NCBI GenBank assembly: GCA_018398765.1
Contig: JAHBMJ010000347.1
Location: forward strand, 1-50,006
Direction of reading: 5' to 3'
Length of the DNA: 50,006 nucleotides
Origin: Chromera velia
Lineage: Eukaryota
The translations under genes were made by a program, and so were the position numbers. This document shows positions 1-13,600 of the stretch, one piece after another. The notes beneath the pieces are model-generated. The model was not told where the DNA came from and did not search any database. It saw only the letters and a list, made by a program, of their open reading frames with translations. Each line of letters opens with the position of its first letter. Position 1 is the stretch's first letter.

Positions 1-16
1 TCCCTCTCTCTCTCTC

Positions 17-88
<72 letters not shown>
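1..88. repeat. Compound (TC)n(TG)n microsatellite, probably intronic
   Basis: Directly visible dinucleotide runs. Similar compound tracts occur at 3592-3666, 10626-10669, 22677-22774, 23076-23170 and 46036-46374. Confidence 0.95.
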
Positions 89-89
<1 letters not shown>

Positions 90-155
90 ATGATTTATCT
101 GTACGTGCGGGTGAGTGGTTGAGTACTCGCTTTGTGTCTCTCTTCTTTTTTGCAG

Positions 156-3100
156 AACGGCTACAGACGATCTGAGACTTTCTGACTGGTCAGTCATCTG
201 TTTTGATGATTTTCCGCAGCTGCCGCGTGAGTGTGCATGCCGACTGAAACACAGGTCGGCCAGAAAGAAAGATGCAGGAAGACAGAAAACGAGAAAAAGG
301 GGGAAGAGGGGATACAGAAAGAGAGACAGCCCACTCGTCCATAGGACAATCAAATTTTCGGACTCTTCAGATAACGTGCTGATCGACACTCGAGATCAAT
401 TTCCCCATGCAAGATGAAATCACACATGCAGCTATCGATCGATTCACGTCTGCGGTCCTTCATTCCTGATTTCTTCCTATACTTCTTTCTTCGTTCTCCG
501 CCCTGATGGTGTGCCTGCAGGCATGGGGTCAAGATTATTCGGACGCCCCCGGTGTCTCCCTCTCCCTCCCCGGAGGGTTCCAATCAAGAGACTCCCAAGC
601 CACTGCTGACAAAGACGGAAGATGCGACTCCCCATGAGGCACACGAACGCGACGACACCCAAGGGGAATCCTTTACAGAACCCCAGTCAGTCAGCCAGTC
701 AGTCAGTCAGTCAGTCAGTCAGTTAGTCAGCCAGTCAGTCAGTCAGTCAGTCAGTCAGCCAGCCAGTCAGCCAGTCAGCCAGTCAGCCAGTCAGCCAGTC
801 AGCCAGTCAGTCAGTCAGCCAGCCAGTCAGCCAGTCAGCCAGTCAGCCAGTCAGCCAGTCAGTCAGTCAGTCAGTCAGTCAGCCAGCCAGTCAGCCAGTC
901 AGCCAGTCAGTCAGTCAGTCAGTCAGTCAGGGGGTCACGAGCGTTCCATATGTGTGCACACAACTTGCGCTCCAAACAAAACAGTATGATCCATGCAGTC
1001 AAATGGGTGTGTTGGACGGACATGTGCCTCTGGACTCCGTGAGCCTTTGTGATAGGACTGGCAGTCTTTCATGCGTCTCGTGCACATGTCAGCCTCATTG
1101 ATCATCATTGATTGATTGGATCGTCAGCATGCACGCCCAGTCGTCAGCAAGAAGCTCTATGCAACAAATCGGTCTGCAAACGCGTTTCTCTAGCTCGTTT
1201 GTGGTGCTTCTTTGACGCTTTTTGTCTCTGCTCCCGTCTTTGCAGAGCTCTCCACAAACAGTGAGTCGAGCCGTGGTTTTAGTCTTTTGCTTTTCTGAAC
1301 GAGGGAGGGTCTCTTGTCTGCGTGTGTTTGGCTTTACTGCATGGGGCTTTCTGGCAACCCTGTCCCTTTTTGTTTCCGTCTAGGATAAGGGATGGGTTTT
1401 GCGGAGAGGCTTTCTTTTTCTGCGTTTGGTTGCTTGAAGAACTGCAAGAGAATACACACTGAACAGATATGCGGGTCACATGTCTTCTCTTCTTCTTCTA
1501 TCCATTCATAAACTAAGTCTTTGTTTACTTCTACCCCAGTCTTTCCCGCAATTTCTGCATGGATGGACTTTTCCGATTTGCGATCCTTCGTGTTTTTGAC
1601 TGATTGGTTTGCAGAAGCATCAAGCTGTCAGTGGATGACTGGACTCAGCTGCTTTCTTTCTTTCGGGCTTTCTTCTGAAAATCTCTCTCTCATTCATCAT
1701 CTGTCTCCTCTCTATTCAATGGGTGTTCGTTGATCGGCTCGCTTGTTCGTGAGAGCGAGTGGCACGCCCAGCTTATTTCAGTGTCTTTCTTTCCGTTCGT
1801 CTCGTCTAAGTTTCTCCTGTTTCACTCGTTCCTGTTTTCCGATAGAGCCTCAGGAAGGGAGGCGTAGCCCTATAGAGAGAGCCTCAGGGGAGTGAAATTT
1901 ATAGGGAGAAGGGCAGTCAAGCAGTTTGTGAGACAGAGAGAAAAGTCGGATTCTTTTTCCTTCAGCTTATCGAATTTTATTTCATTCCCTTTCTTTTCTT
2001 GCTAAGGCCCTCATCCGATCATCCCCCCCCCCTTTGTTTTCACTGAAAACAAAAATGGACAATTTTGCAGAGCGCAAGAGACCCTGTGAGTCCTGTCTGT
2101 ATCATGGAGGGAGTGAGGGAAGTAGGTGGCGTGGAAGGAAGACGAGGCGGAAGAAGGGGGAAAGGGAGGAATTACTCGTGATCGAAGAAAAGAGTGAACA
2201 AATTTAACGACACTTTGAGAAGGTTCTCGAGAGATAATGTGAACAGACGGCAATAAAAGAGGCAAGCCGACAGACACAATCCTCTCATTGATGCTCTTTC
2301 TTCTCGTTCGATCGCGTCCTTCCTCAATCTGACTTCTTTGCCCCTTCTTATCGACTCTCCTTGGACCGTTTAGATCACAGGGTTGTGCGTCACTCTGTCT
2401 GTCTGTCTGACTGTCTGTTTGTCTGTGCAGAGACAGACAGCGAGGGTGAGTAGTTCAGATTGAGTGAAGTACATTCTTTCCATTGTCTCTGTTGTCTCGC
2501 AGTCTCAGGCTCTCCCGCATGTGCATGGGTTTTTCGTTCCTTTTTTGGCTGTACGCAAGAGGTAATCATGTCTGGCCGTCTAGCATGAAATTTAAATTTT
2601 GCGCCTTAATTAAATCTCTTTTGTCTGTGTGCCATGTATCTTTGCTGTTCTGCAGCACCCTGCAGCAGTCAGTCAGCCAGCCAGTCACACCCAGCATTTA
2701 CTTCTTCTCCCAAATGCCACAGCACGGACTTCACTCGTGTGTCACTAGCTTTGCCACTTTCTTTCTCTTTTGCCCATGTGGGATTGTTGAGTGATCGAGG
2801 GGAAAAAGAGAGCTAGGGGCAGAGAGAGAAGGCGAAGGAGAGAGACGCATCGATCGATCGATCATCCGCGGTGCCGCAGAGAGAGCGAGGAGGAATCGAG
2901 GAAGGAATTCTGTCTTCTTGGAGGGCAATTAAGAGAAGTGACTGGACAGGACAGAAATGAATCTGATTGGCTTTCATCGTCATCGAATCCGTTTGTATGA
3001 AGAGATTTCTTCCACCTCTCTGTTCGGGATACGTTTTCTGAACACACAGCACCCGTTTGCTCTGTTTTGATTTTTCATCTGCATTTTGTTTTTTTGTCAT

Positions 3101-3606
3101 GAACAACTTGGCGTCATCTGCAGGCTCCTTGAAAAAAGGTGAGTAAGATTGTGAGCACCCTGCTGAATGTGATCCGTTCCCCTGATCTCCAAAGCATCGA
3201 TGAGACAGGACAGGACAGAACAGACCATACAACACATGAGAAAGAGGCTGAGGTAGGTGACCATCCCTTACGCACAAATAGGATGCAGGATTTTTTTCCC
3301 AAAAGAACAATTCTGTATGGAAAAGTCCTTCGCACAAATATGATGCAGGACTTCGTCTCGTCCCTTTTCGCCCTGTTTTGTCCCTTTCATCCTTCTCCTT
3401 CTGCCTGTGTATGCGAGGCCCTGCATGCCACAGAGACTTCGGCAATCACGTCACAGACATTCTCGTGAAATTTTGCTGCTGCACCTGGGGAGAAATGAAT
3501 GAAAAACAAAAGAGAATTAAGGGCGTGTGGGACCACGGTGATGTGCTGTTCGAAAAGCATGACTAGAAGACCATCCTCCCTCCCACCCACCCTCTCTCTC
3601 TCTCTC

Positions 3607-3666
<60 letters not shown>

Positions 3667-6600
3667 CATCCCAACACACCTGCCTACCTGCTTGCCTGCC
3701 TGAGTCCATGCAGGGAGAGAATGAAGAAGGAGAGGGAGGCGCTGAGTGACGACCTGGAAAAGGAGAAGGCGCGGCTCGAGCGGTCAGTCTTCCTTGCACC
3801 TCTGCCTCCCTCCATGTCCTTTCGGGCCCCCCGGGCTTATGAGGGACGGTTGATCACCGTCATGCATGCAGAAAAAAAGAATTAGAGGGCAGTCCGAGGA
3901 AGGGAGCTTAGTTTGACTGCGCAGAAACGAACTTGAAAGACCCGCATTCACCTCCATTCTCTCGTTTCTGCTCTGCATGCTCTCTCTGTGTGTGCAGGGA
4001 AATGCTGAGGCTGAGAACGTGAGTAGAAGCGATCGAAAAACGTCTTTCCCATCCAAATTCTTTTGAGCTCTTCTCTTTGTTCTCCGGGTGTTGTTTCTTC
4101 TCTTTCCCATGGCTGTCCTTTCCTTTTCCTTTCCTTTCCAGGAGCTCGCTAGGTGTCTGTCCCTTTCTTCAACCCCGTAGAGCTCAAGTGGCTACCCCTT
4201 TCAAACGAATAGTGCTTCAATGATGCAGATTTCCTTCTCCCCCCTTCCCCCCTTTTTTTCTCTGTGCAGCGAAGAAGTGAGGATGGACATGTCAGTTGGC
4301 CCTGAGTTTCTTGGCGCTGGTTTTTTCTTCTCTTGTTCTCCCTCTTCTCTTTTCTTTCTCGCATTAGCGGTGGTCGTGGACGGATGGACGGCGCAAAGTG
4401 CAATGAATTACCGGTCTATGGATGGACAGATGGACATGCAGAAACGGTCAATTTTCAGTCCCCTCTGGGGATTTTGACAATCTTCGGGCACAGGCAAAGC
4501 CGATTGGACCTCAGAGCTGCCTGGGAGAAAGTAGAAGATTGGCATGCACGTGAACAAAACGAAAGGAAGGAGCGGAATATCGGCTCAGTCTGCTTCATCA
4601 TTGGACCAACCGTGCACCAGAGCAGAGTGCTTCCAACTGAAAGGAATGGACGAAAGACCATCTGTATGGTTTTTGCGTTTCCATAAGTGTCTTTTCTTTT
4701 CTTTGTCTGACTTTCGAAATTTTGTTTTGCTTGCAGGAGCGTCACATTCCAGTGAGTCAAGTGGCGTGATATGTCTCCTTTGTTTTTGCTTGAGTCGTTT
4801 CTTTTCCTTTCGTCCCTTTCCTTCCCTCTTATTCACTTGTTGGTGACGCTCTATCTTTCTTGATTGCTTTCTTTCGAACTCCGACTGTCAAACAATGATT
4901 GGCTGTCTTCGTGCTTTTAGCGGGCTGCCAAAATTGTTGGTAACGGATTTTTCTTTCAGGCTTTTGCGATGTCCTCGTCCATTTGTCCCGGCTTTGTCTA
5001 TGAGTCTTCACCTGCTCTCATTTCGTTCCCATTCGTCGTATGACGGTCTGAGTGTTCGTGCTCAGAGACTGCAGTTTTCTTATGGGTGCGATGCAAGCAA
5101 AGACAACCCAAAAGCAGGCTCACAGATAAACTCTCTGACTAGTCGCGGATCTACGTGAAGCTGGGACTTCATTTCTCCCGCTTGAAAAAACGCGAATGTC
5201 TCTTGGAGCCTTCGACTTCTCTGGTCCTTCTTCTCCTTCCTTTTGTCGCTTCACTCTTCTCTCTTTTTGTCGGTGTTTGGTTTTGCAGGCGCAAGGAAGT
5301 GTGAGTAAGCTAAAAGGGAAAGGGATAGACAGAGACAGAAGAAGCGACAGAAGGACAAACAGACAGACAGACCGACAGACCGACAGACCGACCGACAGAC
5401 AGACAGCTCAACATTTCCACAGTAGGGGGGAGAGAGGGAGAGGAAGAGCAGCAGAAGGACACGGAAGAAAAAGAGGGACAAAGAGAGGAAACGGAGGGGT
5501 ACATCAATGCATCGCTTCCTCCCAGCTCGATGAACGATCTCTGTCTTTCTTTCTTTCTTTCTGTCCGACGGCCAGATAGATCCTGGGGTTCAGCTTTCGT
5601 CTTCTCCCTTCCCTCACAATGAGGTGACAACCAATAATAACATTAGCTCTTGTTCATCCGCTAGCTGTTCACAGAATTCATTCGCAGTTTGGAAGGCCTG
5701 AAAGAAATCGCCTCAATTCACGCACAATGAACAGACGGGTCTCGAGCCCTTCCAATGTGAGGTGTCCTTTGTTTCACCCAACTTTGATGTATGCATTTGC
5801 GTCCCTGCTGTTGAATTAACTAGCTGTCTTTCGTGCTGTCTGCCTGTCCTCCGATGTGCTTCCGTGATGCATGCATCGTGCAGAGACAATGCCGAACGGT
5901 CGGTGCACTCATTCTAGCGTTCTGTACGTCAATCTTTGTCTTACCGCGTTTTTTTATCGTTCGCGAGAGAGGACACAGACATGCACGCATGGGTTGAGTT
6001 TCGACTTGACGCCCGTGGTGGGGACCCTGTTGAATTAAAGCCATGCACGGATCGAATGACTGTGAGGAATCCCCCGAGACTTCATGCAGTGAAAGTTTAG
6101 AAACAGGCAAGTGCAAGTTTGGAAACAGGCAGACAGTCAGACGGAGAGACACACTGACTGTTGGCTGGACGGACGGACAGGCAATGAGTTCAATTTTTCC
6201 TTCCTTGGACAGACATTGATTGACATGGGTGGGATTCATGATTCATTCACGCAATCAATGAAATGGTGCATGCGTGTCTGGCTGTGTCTTCGTTTTATTG
6301 TTCGTGTTTTTGCAGAGCCCTCAAATCGTCAGTCAGTCCGTGAGGCTGCATGTCAACAAACTGGCTTGCTTATGCGATGGAAATTCTGTGGCTTCATACA
6401 TCCTCCCTGCAATCTCTTCATGCATGTACTGCACAAAAGAATCCATTGGTGTTTTGAAGTTTGTTGGAGCTCTTTCTTAAATCTTCTTCAAGACCGACGT
6501 ACCCGTTCGATGGCATGGCATTAGGTCAGTCTCATTCCTCCCTCGAGGGCCTGATCGATTTGGTGCTTCTTAGTAAATACAATAATGCCCTCTATGTTCG

Positions 6601-8356
6601 TGATTTTTTTTTTGCGTGCAGAGCCCAAGAACGCGCGTAAGTGTCTGTTTTAATTCCATTCCGTTGACATTCTTTGCATTCGGTTTCTTCAATTGCATGC
6701 AGGGCTCCCTCTCTCCGAGTTGCTTAATTTTTATCCTTCTGCTGGTGATTCGGGAGCATCCCTGTACTTGTACTGTCTTTCCTCTGTCACTGCTGAAACT
6801 TCAACGGGGGGGGAATATTCTCCTCGTGAGATGACGCTCACTTAATTTTTCTGCTCTGCTCCAAAGCTCCCCTTCATTCTGTTGTGACGACAACTTCTGG
6901 GGCCTTTGTCTTCTGGCGGTGCTTCACATTTATTTCATCTCTTTCTCCCCCCCTCCCTGCTGCCTGCAGCGAGGCATACGAGCGACAGTTTGCTGCCGCG
7001 TCTGCCCTTCTGAAAAGCCATCCAACCGTGACCATCTCCCTCTCCCCTCACCACCCAGACGCTCCAACCCCTCTGGTCGTTTCCCCGAATCCTCAACTCT
7101 CTCTGCCCACAACAGCAATTGGCGAGGCAGGCATAGAGACTCCCGACACCACCACCCCCGTCGTTTCCATCTCAGCCCTTAGGGTCTCTCGAACGTCTTC
7201 CAGCTCTCCGACCCACGCGATAGAAAAAAAGGGAGCCGGAGAGACGCCCTCAGTCGATGGTCCCAGTGCCACTCTACCAGAAAGTCGAACAACAACAGAA
7301 GCGGATCTTGAGGAAGGAGAAAAAAGAGAGACAAGACAAAAGATTGAGAAGCAAACAGAACAGCCAACCGGCCCATCGCACAGTGTTGCTGTCACCCTTC
7401 CAACCGCTTCCCCGTCAGCTTTACAGTCTGAGCCTCTGGGCGTGGACGCACACACAGGCATCGACTTGAAGGTCAACAACAAAACTTCTCACACAGAGTC
7501 TCTCAAGGAAGACAGACACAGTACGTACTTGCCCTCTGTTTCCGTCTCCCCTTCGAGCAACCTGTCGACAATCCAGGGATCCACAGAGACGTCGTTGACA
7601 TCCTCTCAAGGCTCCCCTTTGAACTCCACTGACCGATTTCCTCTCCCAAACTCCGTCTCCAGTCCCTCCCTCATCAATTCAGAGGGACTCATTCAGGTCA
7701 TCAGACTGCAACCAGACAACAACGAGAAGACACACACACTGACAAGAAACAAGTCATTGTTGAAGAACGATCGGGGGATCCAAAGTGTATCACTCACAGA
7801 TTCTCGGAAGGAGCAATCTACAAATAAAGAAGTGGAAGGGGAAGGGAAGCTTCCATCCAGGAGAATCACACTGCGGCCGGACTCGAATGCTTCCTTCTCC
7901 CTGTCCCACTCCGTTCAAGACCTGGAAATCCTCCCATCGTCCCCTTCACTTTCGGCCCCCGCACTTCTTGAGAAGGCAAAAAAAGAAGACGAGGAACGTA
8001 CGAAGCCCACTCGGACTCCGCAGCGTCTCCCAAAGTCACAGCATGCCAGTGCTGCTGGAGGCTCCACTGACTTTAGCGCACTGCAGCAACGGGAGCTTCA
8101 AGAAAATCTTAAGGCTCAGTACCAGGCTCAAGGCGCCCCTCACGGTCCTGATCTGAGTCAAAGAGAAGAAACGGCCCTCCACCCCCAGAGTGCAGAAGCC
8201 CCAAGCTCGAATACAGTCTCCCTCCAAAATGTAAAACCCCACTCACCGAAGTGGACAGCCACTCCGAATCCGGCTCAAAAGAAGTCCTTGGTGGGATCTG
8301 ATCCGTTTGACAAACTGACACTAACAAGTTCGATTGACGTTAAGCCTGCTTGGTGA
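156..8356 (+). CDS. 5'-partial multi-exon gene: micro-exon-encoded coiled coil followed by an S/T/P-rich disordered tail (>615 aa), function unknown
   Basis: Exons bounded by GCAG acceptors and GT(C/G/A)(A/G)GT donors: 156-188, 521-685, 1246-1260, 1615-1626, 2071-2085, 2431-2445, 2656-2667, 3124-3138, 3714-3782, 3998-4018, 4270-4290, 4737-4751, 5289-5300, 5884-5898, 6316-6327, 6622-6636, 6970-8356 (TGA). Joined, they read without a stop: ...FTEPQALHKQSIKLAQETLDRQRGTLQQLLEKRERMKKEREALSDDLEKEKARLEREMLRLRTEEVRMDMSVTFQRKEVDNAERALKSAQERAEAYERQFAAAS..., entering the 6884-8356 ORF in frame. Confidence 0.85.
686..930 (+). repeat. (GTCA/GCCA)n tetranucleotide array starting exactly at a splice donor
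   Basis: The array begins with GTCAGT at 686, immediately after exon 521-685. It explains the SQSV/SQPA run in ORF 552..989. Confidence 0.95.
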
Positions 8357-9778
8357 CTTACAAAAGCAACTTGAAAAGAGACAAAAACGATTTGCAAAAT
8401 CTATCAAATGAAAACAGTATACCAAAAACGACGCTAGCTTGAAGCCTGTAAGGGTATTTTTTGGAGCACTGAAGGCTTATCAGCTCATATCAGGAGTTAC
8501 TAAGACTGTCACTTTGTACAAGCAGGAAAGTCACGGTTATCACAGTATAGGATGATGTGGAGGGCAAACGCAATGCAGCTAGGTAGTAGATATAGACATA
8601 CCTTGAAAGTTCTTTCTGGTGCCTCCCCTTGCATATGCTCTTTGAACTAGTTCTGCTCTACTTCTACGTATACATTTCAAGTTTTTGTATTAATTTCAAA
8701 AATTACTACTTCTCAGTAATAGCGAAAATCATTAATTTTTAAGATTATATGATTAAAAAAAAATAAATAATAACAAAAATCATTCCACAGTGATGATGAT
8801 GATGATTTAGAGTTACTTTTTAAATCTATCAATGTTAAATCCCAAGCTAGTTCCCAAGCTACCGAGTATTTTTGCCATTAGCAAGGCTTTAGAAATAACC
8901 GTAGTGACACATTCATTCATATAATTTTATGGGGGAACATTGACTTAAAGTTTGTTCCTAGCGTCTGGCCTATACTTCTTTTGTCTCTTCCTTCTGTCCT
9001 GGTTACTGCTCTTGCTGCTAGCTCTCTCTCTCGTGCGATCTCATAGTTGATGCTCCTCCATTCGAATGCCTTCTTCAGCATTTGCTAAACATATAATTTT
9101 ATAGTAGTAGATGGTAAAATAGTATTAAATGCAGCGGCTATATAGTACTGGCTATAAAAATCTCACAAGAAAATGAAAGTTTTAAACTTAGTTTTTAGAA
9201 AATATCATACATGATAATTTGATAAATTTACAGATTTTACATTCAACTAATCAAAGGTCTCGTTCCCCAACTGGCGTTGGCTAGGGCATTGGTCCGTTAG
9301 ACCGCGTTGCATATGTATTAATGCAAGCTTGCTATCACTATACAAGACTTTCACTGGACTTCTCCCTAATAAGACTTTTTTAAATCTGTGATGATGATGA
9401 TAAAAATTTTAATGCTGAGGGGGGCTAAATCCTATATTCAATAATTAATTTTTAAAGTGACATGCTGCATTTTTCTTATTGCGTATCTTAGTGCCAGTGC
9501 AGTGTAGGTAGGTACTTGTCTAGGGTGAAAAAGAAGGAATTATAAAGTTTTACAATCTGAGCAAAGGAATAGCTTTGCTTATTCTTGTGTACGACAGTTG
9601 CATGCGAAGGTTATAACCCCGCGTACAAGGAAACACGTTGACCTGCAAACGTCAGCCAAAGTCGTTGCATGTTGAGGATGTGAGCCTGCACGTAGCGAAC
9701 ATGCATCAGGGGAAAGCTTCAAAATCGGTTTTCGCTGGCATCGTACGAACAGCTGTACTCCAGAAGAGGGCGCTGGCA

Positions 9779-10630
9779 TCAGACACAACCGGAAGAGAGG
9801 GGTGATACAAACTGCTCCTTCGTCCATTCACACATGAGGACTGACACGTTTCCATCCTGTTTGGCGCACTTTGCCTGTTTCCTTCCCTCCGGTACATTAC
9901 CCTTCGCGTCTCTGCAGACACGCAGACACGCAGACACGCAGGCAGGCAGGCAGGCAGGCAGGAAAGGGAGCAAGTTGAGGCCGTGGACAAAGGGAAAGAA
10001 TTAATTTAGAAAAACGAAAACAACGGAAGACTTCATCCCCTCGAGGCCCGCAAAGGGGCCAACCCATTCCCTCATGCAGACATCTAGGGTCAAAATGATG
10101 CCAGCCAAACGACTCAAATACATTTCGGAGTGCGGTTTTCGTACAACTGCACGCTGGGTTCGACGCAAGGCGATTCACAAGAGCGCAAACATATGTACGT
10201 ACAAAGGTGAGACTCCGAAAGCAATATATGACGGCACTTTGCAGTCTCTTTATTCTTTCTTTGTCTTTATCTCTGTCTTTCACTTCCACCAACCTGCCCA
10301 ACGTCCCGATACCTTCTTACAGCATGATCTGAAAATTGACCGTCCTCCTTTCCAGGCGGGGGACTTGTGTTCGAAAGACAGGTGTTCTGTTTTAGGGAAA
10401 CAAAATAGTCCCATGCAGACTTCCCTAGGCAGCTACCGAAGGAAATGCACTGACTTGCAGCTGCAGAGAAGGGCTCAAGAGAGATGGCGACCCGAATCCA
10501 CAGACAGAGAGGAAGAGACACCCAAACCAAAACCACGGGAGGGAGAAAGTGATCGAAGAAGATCCACAAAGCCCCAGAGTTGAGTACAATGCCCGTAGAC
10601 AGATCAATCGCCAGGTGCCAAGTGTACACA

Positions 10631-10670
<40 letters not shown>

Positions 10671-13600
10671 AACAGAAAGGAAAGACGTCAGCGAGGATGC
10701 ACAATAGAGAGGCAGCATGCGGAACATGGACAGAAAGTCAAACAGAGAGGACGTCAGAGGGCAAGACAGACTCTCCGTAAAAAAAACAGAATGAAGCAAT
10801 ATCAGGTTCACTCAGTTTGTGTTTCTCTTTCTTTTGACCTCTATTCTTCCGTCTTTCTTTCTCTCTCTCTCTCACACACACCCACAAACATTCAGAGGGA
10901 GAGGACGATACAGGACAAAAAAGGAGATTCACGCATTAATTCCCAAATGGAGCTCACAGGACAGGCACACAAAAAGATAGAGAGAGAATCTATTAGTGCA
11001 CGTCTTCAAACTTCCTTCCCTGGCTAGTCTCCCCCCCCATCCCCTCCTCCTGTCGATCGATCGACTCACAAAGAATCACATGGCGGTTCCCTGCATGCAG
11101 GTGCATGAGTGCAGGATGATACAATGATTAGTAATTGCACATGCGAAACAAACGCAGCCACGTACGTCCACAGGGGCGGGACGCACTCATCAAAACAAGA
11201 CAAGACAAGGCAGAAAGAGGCAGTAGGAATAGGGAGAAGCCTCAGAACAATGCTGTCTGTCGGCATTTCCTCGCGCATGGACAGGCAGACGTTCGCACCT
11301 ACATAGTCAGGGAGGATATGGGAAGATGAAGGAACTTGAGGCTGGCAGGCGAGGAACTAGGGGGAGGGAGTAAAACAGGACAGGGGCGAGAAACAAAGCA
11401 TCTACATGTTGCGTCTAGGCAGGTATGAGACTTACATGATGGAGCAAATGTGCTTCTCAAAGACTCTGCACACATAAACAGAAATGCGCATGAATGATGG
11501 CAAGAAGAAAGAAAGACTTCCATGCAATGTGATGGTGCATTCGTGTGCAATGGAGGCTTTGCAGGTGAGAACTTCGAATACGCATGCACTTTGAGGGAGA
11601 GCCCCTGCACTGACGACTGAAAGTTACCAGGAGACAGTGCGTGAAGTGAAGCAGCGCAATTCATGTCACAATTAAGGTCAGTCGACGAAACGCAAACCAG
11701 GTAGCGAACCGATCGATGCAAAGACCGACCGGGAGATAGACATACAGATAGGCGAGCAGCCAGAGAGCCGGCAAGGGAACAAAAGAGGCGAATCTTCACA
11801 CGTACAGGCAGACCCACTTTCGACTTGGCAAGAAAGTGCATGGCTCTTACTTAGCTAAGCAAGGCTTTACACTTTCAGTACATGAAAAGCACAGCCATTT
11901 CTTCAAGTAGGTAGTATGTACAGGAAACAAAGAAATCATGCTACACCGCTTGGAGAACACACTCACTCACTCTGGAGGGCATAGGTCCACCAACGCGCTG
12001 ATGGAGTCAGTGCTTCCTCCCAGCCCGAGCCTGCGCAAGGACATAGTAAGAAAATGGAGGGGAAGAGAGTCAACCGTCCTTCCTTCCTGCAGTCTGGGAT
12101 CGAACAAAATTCTAATCTCGCACTAGCTTCCAAGTGAATGGAGCAGACAAGTATGGGGAGTAGTGAGAGAAATAAACTTGAACGATCGGTCCGTGGTCTG
12201 AACCCAGCTTGAACTAACTGCGCGATTGCTTGACAAATCAACGGCCATTCCCCCTACCTTCCTGCCTGCCTCCCTGCCGACTCACTCACTCACTCACTCA
12301 CTCACTCACTGACTCACTGACTGACGCTTCAAGACGTCCTTGGTTTGCGTTCCACTCTGCTTCCATGGAAGCGCTACACGTAGAAAGGAAGGAGAGAACG
12401 AGAAATGTCCAACACACTTTGAAGTCAGTGGGAAAGATTCAGACCAGACCTTGGCAGCTCCACTCATGCATGCACATGCTCTCTGTATGCATAGGACTCA
12501 CCGGCGTTGAGTGCACCAGGTGAAAAGCGAAATCGCGATAATTTCACTTCTACGAGCAGTAAAACAATGTGAAAGACACTTAGAGGGGGACCGAGCTGGG
12601 GCAACAGGGCAAACCGACATGGAGCCACCCCGACAGACAGACAAGTCCACAGAGACACAAACAAATAAACAGGCAGAGAGGGACCCGAAACAATCAATAC
12701 ATGCAGGCAGCTCCCTTCTCTCTCTTCTCTTCTGCTCTCTTTTTTTCCTGCACACACTGCTTTCCTCAGCCAAGCAACCAGACAGAAGAAAGTTCAACAA
12801 ACCTACAGGTCACTGAGGTCCTTCAGCCTCTCTGCAGAGCTGTACGGAGTCAACCCCAACCTCTCAGCGTACACAATCACGGGCTTCCTGCAGGGGGTCA
12901 TGCATGCGGGATTAGTTTAATTGAGTATATATGTATACTTGCGCAAATAATAGGAGTTGAGACGAAAACTAGATACGGAGTGACACAAATTTATCAACAC
13001 GGACGTCTTATTGCTTTTTCTACCGTCTCTCCAGAGTCTTGGACCTTTTCGAAATGAATTGCGAACACACTTCTGCCTGACTCACTCACGTGTCTGGTTT
13101 TGTCTTTGTGAGGGTTCTGTGGTCGATCTCCATTGCCTTGAGGTCTTCAGGGAGAAGGAGACTGGCCCGGATCTGGTCCTCAGTCATGCAGCTCTCGTCA
13201 CACCCACTCGCCCGCATTTTTCGGATGCGCCCCTCTTGGCTGCAGCATCACACACACACGTGGGCGGTAGACAGGCAGACGAACGGGTGACCGGAAATGA
13301 TGGGGATCTCGCAGGGGATGTCAGAAGGTGCGGAAGAAGAGAGAGGAAGAATGACAAAAATGACAATTCAAGCGGATGTTACTGGATGACTGCTTGAGTG
13401 CTTCAAACTTCTTGTGACAGAGGTGCTTGGCAGCCCTGCAAAGGAACAAGTGCTTTGCTCAGCTGACAAAAATCACAGCTAGACTTCTGAGAGAAAGAAA
13501 AGGAAGGCCGAGACCAAAGTGGTACTTTTCGGCATAAAACCGGCTCCTCCTCTTTTCTGCCATCCTCTTCGCACTGGATCCTTTCCACCACCCACCCACC

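Noticed and set aside
91..110. Possible upstream exon ending at GTGAGT (111)
   Set aside because: No AG acceptor precedes it, and the ATG at 90 spliced to 156 meets a TGA.
552..989. ORF with SQSV repeats and the many VCVC, ERER, SLSL and FLPS ORFs in the track
   Set aside because: Translations of intronic microsatellites.
4142..4152. Possible extra micro-exon CCAG|GAGCTCGCTAG|GTGTCT in gene 1
   Set aside because: 11 nt would shift the frame and the donor is off-consensus. One more G would give a 12 nt exon (TELAS) that fits the coil, so raw reads should be checked. Rescue by a 7 nt exon at 4181-4187 needs a 28 nt intron.
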